Source: Candidatus Multivoradales bacterium (GTDB lineage: Bacteria > Acidobacteriota > Thermoanaerobaculia > Multivoradales > JAHEKO01). From it: a stretch of DNA of 64,000 nt. Each line of letters begins with the position of its first letter. Within the stretch, counting starts at the first letter, position 1. Under the pieces are notes generated by a model. It made no database searches and was not told the origin of the DNA. It was given only the letters and a program-made list of their open reading frames with translations. Positions 26,840-35,080 of the stretch are shown piece by piece. The translations under genes and the position numbers were made by a program. The stretch is taken from contig CBDFIJ010000004.1 in assembly GCA_965248055.1 (NCBI GenBank), forward strand, positions 2,232,777 to 2,296,776, read 5' to 3'.

Positions 26840-29080
26840 ATGCTTGTTTCCAAGCGCCTTGTCTGCAGTTCGTTGGCTCTTATTCTCACCGCGTTAGCCG
26901 CTAGCGTCGTTGCGTTCGCAGATGAGATCAAGACTGAACATGCTCTTTGGGTTGGTGGAGACCCAGAGGCCGTTGTGACAGTGATTTTTGGGGAATCTAC
27001 TGCTGGAGATCCTGGTTGGATTTTCGAAGGGAAAAGGTCGCAACTTGGTGCGCAACGGAGCAGATGGACTGGGCGGCCCGCGACGTGTCCACAAGCGTAC
27101 TTCTGCAGCTACGTAGACGATGGCACTCAGGGCCGACTCGTCGTTGATGATGCAAAGGCTCTCGAGCTAGTTCTGCAGCCTCCGACGGACGAAAACCCTA
27201 GAGAGGGAGGCGTGTTGGTGGAGGCTCTGCTCAACAATATTCAGGGAAGAAGTGCGTTCGTGCGGGTGCATGAGTTTAAAATTGGCGAACCGACCGCAGA
27301 GTTTTCGTTCCCTGCTACTTCGGAGGTTCTTAGGGTCTCAGCTGAGGGGTTTGCGCCCACTTACCAAGTGCTCGTTGAGCACGAAGCGGCTACAAGCCGG
27401 CTGACAATTCCACTCCGGCGAGCTGGCACGGTTTCAGGGTGGGTGATTGATTCCAGCGAAGAGTCTCCATGGAGTGTCGTGGCAGTACCAGAGGGAGATC
27501 CGGTCGGTTCTGTTGAGACCGCACCTGCTTTGGCTACAGCCACTCAGGACGGTGGGTTTTTCTCAATACACGGACTCGCTGCTGGTATCCACAAGCTGGT
27601 ATTGCAGCACTTTGAAAAAAGAGTTCATGTAGTAGTCGGAACGGTCCGGGTGACGGAAGGCGAAGAGGTCAATGTCGGTCTTGTCGAGACACCAGTTCCT
27701 ATTGAGCATGTCGTCTTTGCATTTACCTCCGAAGAAAGTGTTGGGAGTCCCAAGGATTGGGAAATCCAGATTGTCTCGTTAGGGCAAAGTAAGCTAACCA
27801 TGTCGTCGCGCTTTGATGAACTGGGACAAGCTTCACTCGATGACGTATACCCCGGTACCTACAACTATTATCTACGTTTACCTCACGGCAATACCTTTCA
27901 ATCAGGTTCTATTGAGATTGATGAGGGTCGCGCCTTTCATTCCATTGATCTGCGTGTAGCGAAAGTGTTTGGAGTCGTCACAAACGCGGGAGGAGATCCT
28001 GCCACTGCAGAGCTACGTGTAGGAAACGGCTCAGGACCACTGATTTCCACTCAAACTGATGCTAGTGGCTACTACGAAGTTCTTATTCCGTATCCAGATC
28101 GCCGACTAGTTGTAGCCCAAGTGACACCGACGCTTGGCGACAACATGTTCTGGGAGTCGATCTCTGATGTCGATGTCGAAGCAGACGGCATCACAGTCAA
28201 TCTTGAGATTCCTTCGTTTGCACTCGATGTGGTGGTCGTCGACAGTTCTGGTTTGCCAGTAGCAAATAGCCAGGTTATAGCGAAAGACAAAGGGGGGCTG
28301 GGTGTACTGGCGGAAACCAACCAAGAAGGGGGTGCGCGGGTGCGTCACCTTCGCGAGGGTGAGTATTCGGTTCGGGCTCGCACAGATGAGGCGCAATCAA
28401 ACGTGGTACAAGTGACCGTATCTAAGACGAGCCCATCTTCGCCCATCCGTCTTACGCTGAGAACTGACGACACCATTAGTGTACTGCTTAGCGACGCGTT
28501 TGGAACTCCCCTACGAGCAGCCGTCGTATTCGCTTCGTTTGACGGGATACCGGTGTCAAAACGCGTCAGTTCCGGGATGGATGGATGGGTGAAGATCCCT
28601 GCGCCTGCTTCCGCAAGTAGCGTAAGCTTGGTTGTCCTTTCCGCCAGATCCGGAGCTATTGCGACGAGCTGTGTGTCGGTAGATCGAAACGGCGACGGTT
28701 CACTTACTTTCCCGTCTGGGGGCACAGGCACCATAGTGTTTGCGCCCCCCAGTGATGCCGCATCTGCTGAATTGTATGTTGCCCAGCTACTTATGACGGG
28801 ACTCACGACACCTCAAGGTGGATTCCTGTCGTTGCAGCATTTCGACGAGTGGGCTCGCATAACCGGGCAAGCATTTGACATTCGAAGCTTGTTGCAGGGT
28901 GGGCGCCGTCTGTCAATTCACGGGGTCGCAGAGGGATTGTACGCGCGAAGTCATAGTCATCATGGATGCATTGCAGCACCTGCTGAACCCTGGGGTGCAG
29001 TAGGCAACGGCCAAGAGTTGGTAATTCGGGCGACGCCGCAAGAGGAGGCGGGCCTGACAAAGAAAGGAGATCCAGTATGA
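26840..29080 (+). CDS. Large secreted protein made of multiple carboxypeptidase-regulatory-like / Ig-like beta-sandwich domains.
   Basis: Signal peptide MLVSKRLVCSSLALILTALAASVVAFA. Repeated ~80-aa beta-rich units, e.g. TDASGYYEVLIPYP. No sorting signal at the C-terminus. Its stop overlaps the next start (GTATGAG). Confidence 0.65.
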   Translation: MLVSKRLVCSSLALILTALAASVVAFADEIKTEHALWVGGDPEAVVTVIFGESTAGDPGWIFEGKRSQLGAQRSRWTGRPATCPQAYFCSYVDDGTQGRLVVDDAKALELVLQPPTDENPREGGVLVEALLNNIQGRSAFVRVHEFKIGEPTAEFSFPATSEVLRVSAEGFAPTYQVLVEHEAATSRLTIPLRRAGTVSGWVIDSSEESPWSVVAVPEGDPVGSVETAPALATATQDGGFFSIHGLAAGIHKLVLQHFEKRVHVVVGTVRVTEGEEVNVGLVETPVPIEHVVFAFTSEESVGSPKDWEIQIVSLGQSKLTMSSRFDELGQASLDDVYPGTYNYYLRLPHGNTFQSGSIEIDEGRAFHSIDLRVAKVFGVVTNAGGDPATAELRVGNGSGPLISTQTDASGYYEVLIPYPDRRLVVAQVTPTLGDNMFWESISDVDVEADGITVNLEIPSFALDVVVVDSSGLPVANSQVIAKDKGGLGVLAETNQEGGARVRHLREGEYSVRARTDEAQSNVVQVTVSKTSPSSPIRLTLRTDDTISVLLSDAFGTPLRAAVVFASFDGIPVSKRVSSGMDGWVKIPAPASASSVSLVVLSARSGAIATSCVSVDRNGDGSLTFPSGGTGTIVFAPPSDAASAELYVAQLLMTGLTTPQGGFLSLQHFDEWARITGQAFDIRSLLQGGRRLSIHGVAEGLYARSHSHHGCIAAPAEPWGAVGNGQELVIRATPQEEAGLTKKGDPV

Positions 29081-29442
29081 GAAGGACGTTATTATTAGGC
29101 TTCGTAGTTGGGTTCGTTGTGATTCTCGGCGCACCGAACTCGCCCGTGGAGGCTACTTGCTTCAATTGTGAGCCGACGACAATTTGTTCGTGGGGATATG
29201 AATGCGTGACAGCCAGCGGCCCGGGAGCGGAGGGCGACCTTTGCGAGCAGACGATTATTTTTATTAACAATAGCTCATATTGCCTCTGCCGTTTTCTCGG
29301 TTGGTGCGACGACCAATGGGCAAACGGCGAGGCTGGAACTTCCTGCGCGGCAGCTGCTGAAACCCAACCTATTGACGCCTGCAGTATTGAGGGGGGAGTA
29401 GGTTTCGCTGCCTGCGAATCGAATAGCCAGATGGTCACCTAA
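29077..29442 (+). CDS. Small Cys-rich secreted protein: 121 aa, 11 Cys in the ~95-aa mature part.
   Basis: Signal peptide MRRTLLLGFVVGFVVILGAPNSPVEA, then TCFNCEPTTICSWGYECV...LCEQ...YCLCRFLGWC... Translationally coupled to the 746-aa gene. Confidence 0.55.
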   Translation: MRRTLLLGFVVGFVVILGAPNSPVEATCFNCEPTTICSWGYECVTASGPGAEGDLCEQTIIFINNSSYCLCRFLGWCDDQWANGEAGTSCAAAAETQPIDACSIEGGVGFAACESNSQMVT

Positions 29443-29636
29443 CCAGCCCTGACTCGCCCAGTTGAACGCTGGGATTCTAGGCTGTCTTACTTGCAGTTCG
29501 GCACTGAATGATCGGGACGGTTGGCCGCCGATGAGTAGTGTCAGGTGAGCGTGGAAGTTGTGCAGGATAGAGAATCGTCTGCTGAAAACGTGGGCGAGAA
29601 CTTCCGCGCGGGAACGGGGTCGCTTCAGTGGCACAC

Positions 29637-29790
29637 TCATGGCACAGTTGACTCAAGAAACGACGATTCATGCCAACACTTGCCAACAACGTTGATGTGG
29701 GCAAGTAGTTGATGTAATTGTGGTTACGAGTTGACGTTTGTTGGGATCTGTTGGTTCCGAGCAATCTTCAAAACCGCTGCCAGTCAACCT
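29637..29790 (+). repeat. Copy B of the ~155-bp direct repeat, immediately upstream of the sorting-signal mini-ORF and sortase gene.
   Basis: See copy A. Contains a TTGACT -35-like hexamer. Confidence 0.7.
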
Positions 29791-29953
29791 TTCGGCTGGC
29801 TGGGATCACACTAAAGTCTTCGGTTCGTTGCCGCTCACCGCGACTCCTTTCGCGGCTCTGATCTTGAGCGGAATCTTATGCCTGATCTTGGCTGCGTTGG
29901 CTCACTCTCGAGTCCGTTTCCAGGTGGTGCGCGCACGAAGCGGAAAGCGATGA
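29738..29953 (+). CDS. 71-codon mini-ORF (TTG start) encoding little more than a sortase sorting signal: LPLTA motif, a TM segment, then an Arg-rich tail.
   Basis: ...KVFGSLPLTATPFAALILSGILCLILAALAHSRVRFQVVRARSGKR*. Its stop TGA overlaps the ATG of the sortase gene (GCGATGA). No N-terminal signal peptide. Confidence 0.45.
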   Translation: MLGSVGSEQSSKPLPVNLSAGWDHTKVFGSLPLTATPFAALILSGILCLILAALAHSRVRFQVVRARSGKR

Positions 29954-30425
29954 TCCGGATCGGTCTTCTGGTGGTTGGGCTGGGTTACTTGGCCCATGGC
30001 TTCTGGTTGTCACTGAAGGCTGAAGTGGCTCAGGTGCTGCTGGATCGAGCGTGGCAACAGACGATTCAGGGAACCCATCAAACGCCTCCCTGGCCGTGGG
30101 CCGATACCTGGCCGGTCGCGCGGATTAAGGTACCCAGACTGAAGATTGATCAGGTAGTGCTGGCCATGTGGCGCTTACGGGACATCGCGATACTCATTTC
30201 CGTTTCCTCCAATATCTTCGTCCGGGAGAGGCCCTGAGCTTGCAGTCGATCGACGGTACCTGGAAACACTACGTCGTTGAGAGGTCCCAGGTGGTCGATC
30301 AAGAAGCAGTCGAAGTCTTGGCGCCAACGGACATTCCAACCTTGACCCTGGTGACCTGCTACCCGTTTGATCGGTTGGCGGTCGGTGGGCGTCAGCGATT
30401 CATCGTTCGGGCGGTCGGCGAGTGA
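29950..30425 (+). pseudogene. Class-GN-like (marine proteobacterial type) sortase gene interrupted by a frameshift near 30150-30170.
   Basis: N-terminal TM MIRIGLLVVGLGYLAHGFWL and ...RIKVPRLKIDQVVLA are in frame 0 (which stops at 30237). The catalytic part ALTGHRDTHFRFL...LTLVTCYPFD...RQRFIVRAV (His and Cys motifs of sortases) is in another frame from 30168. Confidence 0.7.
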
Positions 30426-30593
30426 GTCGCGGAGTCCGTGTCGCGCTCGCCTGACTGGGGTACAGAGGGTTGATCACCGCGTAGGCGCACTCTTCGCATG
30501 TTATTCTGAGCCTTGTTGTGGATGGAATGCGAGTGACGAAGGCCGCTGATGTGGTCGAGCGGAGCCTAGTTTGACCGGGTCACTCGAAGGGAG

Positions 30594-31166
30594 ATGATGA
30601 TGGCTACGACCGTTTACATGGCCTGTGCCGCGATTGGTGGAGCGGTGTTGATCATCCAGATGTTTTTACTTCTGATCGGCGGCGATATCGACGCTGACAT
30701 GGACATGGACATGGACATGGATATTGACGACGCCGATGCTGGGGATGGGTCTTTTAGTCTGTTGTCGATCCGTGCGGTTACCGGATTTTTGACGTTTTTC
30801 GGATTGGTCGGCTGGTGGGGATCGGTCGAAGGCTGGGGACAAACTAAGACTCTGTTGGCAGCCTTGGGATCCGGCTTGGTGATGATGGTCGCTATTGCCT
30901 GGTTGTTCTCGCTACAGCGGCGCCTTCACTCGGAGGGCAACGTGGACTTTCGCAACGTGGTTGGACTGACCGGAAAAGTCTATCTGCGGATTCCAGGACA
31001 CAAGACAGGAAACGGCAAGATCACGGTCGCGATTCAAGGCCGGTCGATGGAATTTCTGGCGCTTACCAGTGGGGAGGAGATTCCCACAGGTAGCGATATC
31101 CGCGTGGTTGCGATGACCACCGAAGGGACCTATGAAGTTGAGCCACTAGATGGCCACGGAGGATGA
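30594..31166 (+). CDS. NfeD-family membrane protein (YuaF-like, with a C-terminal OB-fold).
   Basis: N-terminal TM helices, C-terminal beta-rich GKVYLRIPGHKTGNGKITVAIQG. Directly upstream of, and overlapping, the flotillin gene. Confidence 0.7.
   Translation: MMMATTVYMACAAIGGAVLIIQMFLLLIGGDIDADMDMDMDMDIDDADAGDGSFSLLSIRAVTGFLTFFGLVGWWGSVEGWGQTKTLLAALGSGLVMMVAIAWLFSLQRRLHSEGNVDFRNVVGLTGKVYLRIPGHKTGNGKITVAIQGRSMEFLALTSGEEIPTGSDIRVVAMTTEGTYEVEPLDGHGG
30696..30719 (+). repeat. (GACATG)x4 hexanucleotide tandem repeat inside the NfeD gene, encoding DMDMDMDM.
   Basis: Seen directly in the sequence. Embedded in an acidic DIDADMDMDMDMDIDDADAGDG segment. Confidence 0.9.
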
Positions 31167-32830
31167 TTCTGATGTTGAGCACTCTGATATTGAACGCAAT
31201 GAGCTTGTCCGCAATCTCGCTGTTGGGCGGCATATTTCCGCTATTGATTGTCTTAGCGGCGCTGCTGATCGTCGCAGGTTTTGTGATGGCAATCGCACGG
31301 CGCTATCGAAGGTGTCCCAGTAACCGCATCTTAGTGGTCTATGGACGCACCAGCGCCGGACAGTCGGCGAAATGTGTCCACGGTGGCGGAACCTTTGTCT
31401 GGCCGTTGATTCAGTCCTTCGACTTTTTGGACTTGGACCCGATTCAAATCGAAATCCCCCTAGAAGGGGCGTTGTCGATGGAAAACATCCGGGTGTCGGT
31501 ACCCAGTGTGTTTACCGTTGCGATTGGCACCGACACAGTGACCATGAATAACGCCGCCATTCGCCTGCTTGGTTTGCAAACTCAAGAGATCATGAAACAG
31601 GCGGAAGACATCATTTTTGGTCAGCTTCGGCAGGTGATCGCTTCGATGAAGATTACCGAGATCAATCGCGACCGTGACGTTTTTCTGGAGAAGGTGCAGC
31701 AATCGCTGGAGCCGGAACTGGCGAAGATCGGTTTGGTGTTGATCAACGTCAACATCAAGGACATCACCGACGCTTCGGGTTACATCGAAGCGATTGGTCG
31801 CAAGGCAGCGTCGGAAGCGGTCGAGCAAGCCAAAATCGACGTTTCTGAACAAGAAAAGAGAGGCTCGATTGGTGTCGCGGAAGCCAACCGCGAGCAGGAG
31901 GTCGAAGTCGCCAACGCCGAGAAGTTTCGGGATATCGGCACTAAGGAAGCCGAACGCGAGCGAGCGGTACGCCTGGCTGATCTCGACAAAGAGAAAATTG
32001 TTGGAGAGCAGGCTGCGGCTTTCGAACGGGATGCGCAGGTCAAGGACTCTGAACGGGAAATGCGGGTACAGGTTGCCAGCGCAAACGCCAAAGCGGTCGC
32101 TGGTGAGAACTTAGCCAAGGCAGAGATCGCCACTGTCAACGCCGACCTCAAAGTTAAGGAAGCGGACGCGATGCAGCGCGGTGAGACCCGACGCCGAGAG
32201 GCTGAGGCGGCGGTTCGTGAGGCTCAGTATCGAGCCGAGGCTAAGGCTGCAGTTGCCGAGGCTGAAAAGGTTGAGGCCGAGAAGCGCGCCGAGTTGGAGT
32301 CGCTCGCTCGGGCGGTGAAAGCGCAACAGGTGGTGCAGGCAGAAGCCGACGCTGAGCAACAGCGAATTCGCGCGGAAGGTGAGGCGGCTGCGATCTTCGC
32401 GCGGCTGGACGCCCAAGCCAGGGGTGAATTTGAAGTCTTGGCAAAGAAGGGCCTCGGTATGCGGGAGATTATCGAGAGCTGTGGTGGCTCGAAAGAGGCG
32501 TTCCAGATGTTGATGTTGGAACACATCGACCACATTTCGGAGACCGCCGCGAGCGCAATCGCCAATATTAAGTTCGACAAAGTTGTGGTGTGGGACGGGG
32601 GTCAAGGAAATAGTGAGAACTCTGGGACCGCCGGGTTCGTGCGTAGCCTGGCTAGCGCACTGCCTCCCGCCCTGCAGTTGATGAGAGATATCGGTGGTGT
32701 CGATATGCCCGAATACTTCGGGAAGATTTTGGCGGACGAGCAAGCAACGCCCAGTGGAAAAGACGAAGCTGTCGATTCCGAGGCTAACTCTGTCGAAGAC
32801 GGTTGCGCGGAGACAGAAGAACCGGAGTAA
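31163..32830 (+). CDS. Flotillin-like SPFH/Band-7 protein (FloT/YuaG-type).
   Basis: N-terminal TM, SPFH domain, long Ala/Glu-rich coiled coil (EAEKRAELESLARAVKAQQ...). 555 aa. Confidence 0.8.
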   Translation: MILMLSTLILNAMSLSAISLLGGIFPLLIVLAALLIVAGFVMAIARRYRRCPSNRILVVYGRTSAGQSAKCVHGGGTFVWPLIQSFDFLDLDPIQIEIPLEGALSMENIRVSVPSVFTVAIGTDTVTMNNAAIRLLGLQTQEIMKQAEDIIFGQLRQVIASMKITEINRDRDVFLEKVQQSLEPELAKIGLVLINVNIKDITDASGYIEAIGRKAASEAVEQAKIDVSEQEKRGSIGVAEANREQEVEVANAEKFRDIGTKEAERERAVRLADLDKEKIVGEQAAAFERDAQVKDSEREMRVQVASANAKAVAGENLAKAEIATVNADLKVKEADAMQRGETRRREAEAAVREAQYRAEAKAAVAEAEKVEAEKRAELESLARAVKAQQVVQAEADAEQQRIRAEGEAAAIFARLDAQARGEFEVLAKKGLGMREIIESCGGSKEAFQMLMLEHIDHISETAASAIANIKFDKVVVWDGGQGNSENSGTAGFVRSLASALPPALQLMRDIGGVDMPEYFGKILADEQATPSGKDEAVDSEANSVEDGCAETEEPE

Positions 32831-32890
32831 GCAGATGGTGGGGCTGGACGAACCAACTCTCAGCACGACGCCCTGGCGGACTCCGAGCCG

Positions 32891-33370
32891 TTAGTCTGAG
32901 TCGCCGGTGACGATTGCGTCCTTGGTGGTCGCGACAATTGCAACCAATTCGTTGGTCTCCGCTTCAGGAATCTCGTATTTGGCGAGCACGCCTAGAAAAA
33001 TCTCCACCATGCGGCCCCATTCTGCTTCCGTGATGTTCAGGTGAGCGTGGGCTTCGTCCATCCCCAGACCGGTGTAGGCGCAGGGGCCACCGGTTGCCTG
33101 ACAAACCATGGCGGTGACTTGGTACTTCAGGTAGGCGGCAGGGACGCGCTCCCTGGCGGCGTCAACGGCTTCGTTTTGGTTAATGAACTCGTCAGGAACC
33201 AAGATATCGACAAAATCGCTTACGACCGCTGAGATGGCGGGTAGGCCACCAAGTCGGTCGTACAGTGAGGCGGCCTCTTGAGCCTCTTCTTCCTGCGCCC
33301 CGATACTGCCTCCCGTCATGTTAAGGACCACGAGGATGAGCAAAAAGACTTTGGATGGTTGTCGGTACAT
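32891..33370 (-). CDS. Group I truncated (2/2) hemoglobin with an N-terminal signal-peptide-like extension.
   Basis: Internal ATG at 33370 with RBS AGGA. MYRQPSKVFLLILVVLNMTGGSIGAQ, then SLYDRLGGLPAISAVVSDFVDILVPDEFI...MVCQATGGPCAYTG (trHbN hallmarks). Confidence 0.65.
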   Translation of the reverse strand: MYRQPSKVFLLILVVLNMTGGSIGAQEEEAQEAASLYDRLGGLPAISAVVSDFVDILVPDEFINQNEAVDAARERVPAAYLKYQVTAMVCQATGGPCAYTGLGMDEAHAHLNITEAEWGRMVEIFLGVLAKYEIPEAETNELVAIVATTKDAIVTGDSD

Positions 33371-33622
33371 GACGAATTTTCCTGTGCAATGCAACTTGGT
33401 TGACCCGGAGACGATGCGACTGTTGCCGAATAATCTCCCGCGGTCATACAAATCGCAAACTGGTTTCTAGGCCCACTGGCCAATGAACCTACGGCAACGA
33501 TAGTGAATCGTAAGAGGCGAAGCAGCACTCATGGATGTCGAAACCGAAGTTCCATACGCGAAGAATGCATCGCGCCGAAGAGCTAGCTATTGGCGACAAG
33601 CGCTTCTGGTTGTCTGCTGACG

Positions 33623-35080
33623 CTAGTTGTCTGTTGGTCGATCAAGCATGGTCTTGGTGAACTCAACAAAGGTAAAGACGTCAGCGAAGTTGCTCGCGAG
33701 TCCGAGGGAGACACGTACCGCACCGGTACTCTTGCCGTCGATGCAGCGCTGAAAATCGACAAAAGTCATGTACTCGCCGCTGGCAAAACAGGTCACCAGT
33801 TCCGACTGATCAAGGCCGAGTGCAATCTCGCCAGCTCCGGGATTGCAGAAGCATCCGGTGCGCAGAGAGATATTGTGCTGATTCGCAGCTTGTTCGACCA
33901 ATTGGTGGTCGATGACTTGACCGTCGCAATCCAAAAAATTAACCGCAATGGCGCCCCCACGCTGCTTCATATCACTGGGTCCGTAGAACAAGAACAACGG
34001 AGTTCCGTTGGCGTGGCGAAGCTTCGACAGTTGCCCAAGTAGCCACGCGGTCAGCGCCTGAACCCGATTATGAATTGTCTCTACGCCGACTTGATTCAGG
34101 AAATCGAGTCCGATATCGACCGCCGGAAGGTTGGCATAGTCGAGAGTTCCGTCTTCAAAAGCAGCCGCTCCCCCGGCTGGCACATGGGCGTCCGCCTGCA
34201 CCGAAGCAACTTCAATGGTGCCGCCAGCGAACCAAGGGCGATGCAGCTTCTCCAGCGCCGGCCACCGCGCGATCAGCGCTCCGACACCGGTCGGGTAGCC
34301 AAACATTTTGTAAAACGAAAGCGCTACGTAGTCCGGTTTATGGCGGGATAGATCGAGCCGGTTGGTCGGGACAAACGCCGCTGCATCCAGCAGCACATCC
34401 CAGCCTCGATCTTGCGCTAGTTGCACCCACTTCAAAGGATGTTGTACGCCCGAAAAATTAGATTGAGCCGGGTAGGCAAATAGATTGTGCCGACCGGGTT
34501 CTCCGCGATCGAGAAAAGCGAGCAGGTCGGTTTCGCGCACCCGCATCTCAGGAGGTCGCACTGGGACGTAGGTTGTCGTCGCGCCGTGCGCCCGATCAAA
34601 TTCCCGAATCCCATTGACCGAATTATGATTGTCAAAAGTGAGCAGAAACTGATCACCAGGTTCGAATGGATACGATTCGCCGACCAGTTTGAGGGCCTGA
34701 CTGGCATTGGCAGTAAAGATGACCGCGTACTCTTTTTCCGAGGCGCCAAAGAAGTCGAGAACCTTGCGCCGACATTGCTCTACGCCGTCAGTAGCGGTCA
34801 ACGAGGTCGGGTTGCTGGAGTGGGGATTACCGAGCACACTTGTGAGCAAGAACTTGCCGTGCTCGCGAATCTGGCTCTCGCCGTAGAGACCGCCGCCGGT
34901 GTAGTCGAGGTAGATGTGGTGGGTGGCATCTAGTCGGGCGAATTCACTGTCGCGTAGCTGAGGAAAATCAGGGTTATCGAATCGAGGGTTTTGATCGGCG
35001 AATTCTTTCCGGGCAGCTACAAATTCTCGCCCGCAGGGCGCGGATAGCTCTAGTTCAGCGGTACGGGTTACCATTGACAA
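33623..35080 (-). CDS. Class V aminotransferase-fold PLP enzyme, molybdenum-cofactor-sulfurase / NifS-like.
   Basis: LDYTGGGLY near the N-terminus. C-terminal SLRTGCFCNPGAGE signature. Confidence 0.65.
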   Translation of the reverse strand: MSMVTRTAELELSAPCGREFVAARKEFADQNPRFDNPDFPQLRDSEFARLDATHHIYLDYTGGGLYGESQIREHGKFLLTSVLGNPHSSNPTSLTATDGVEQCRRKVLDFFGASEKEYAVIFTANASQALKLVGESYPFEPGDQFLLTFDNHNSVNGIREFDRAHGATTTYVPVRPPEMRVRETDLLAFLDRGEPGRHNLFAYPAQSNFSGVQHPLKWVQLAQDRGWDVLLDAAAFVPTNRLDLSRHKPDYVALSFYKMFGYPTGVGALIARWPALEKLHRPWFAGGTIEVASVQADAHVPAGGAAAFEDGTLDYANLPAVDIGLDFLNQVGVETIHNRVQALTAWLLGQLSKLRHANGTPLFLFYGPSDMKQRGGAIAVNFLDCDGQVIDHQLVEQAANQHNISLRTGCFCNPGAGEIALGLDQSELVTCFASGEYMTFVDFQRCIDGKSTGAVRVSLGLASNFADVFTFVEFTKTMLDRPTDN

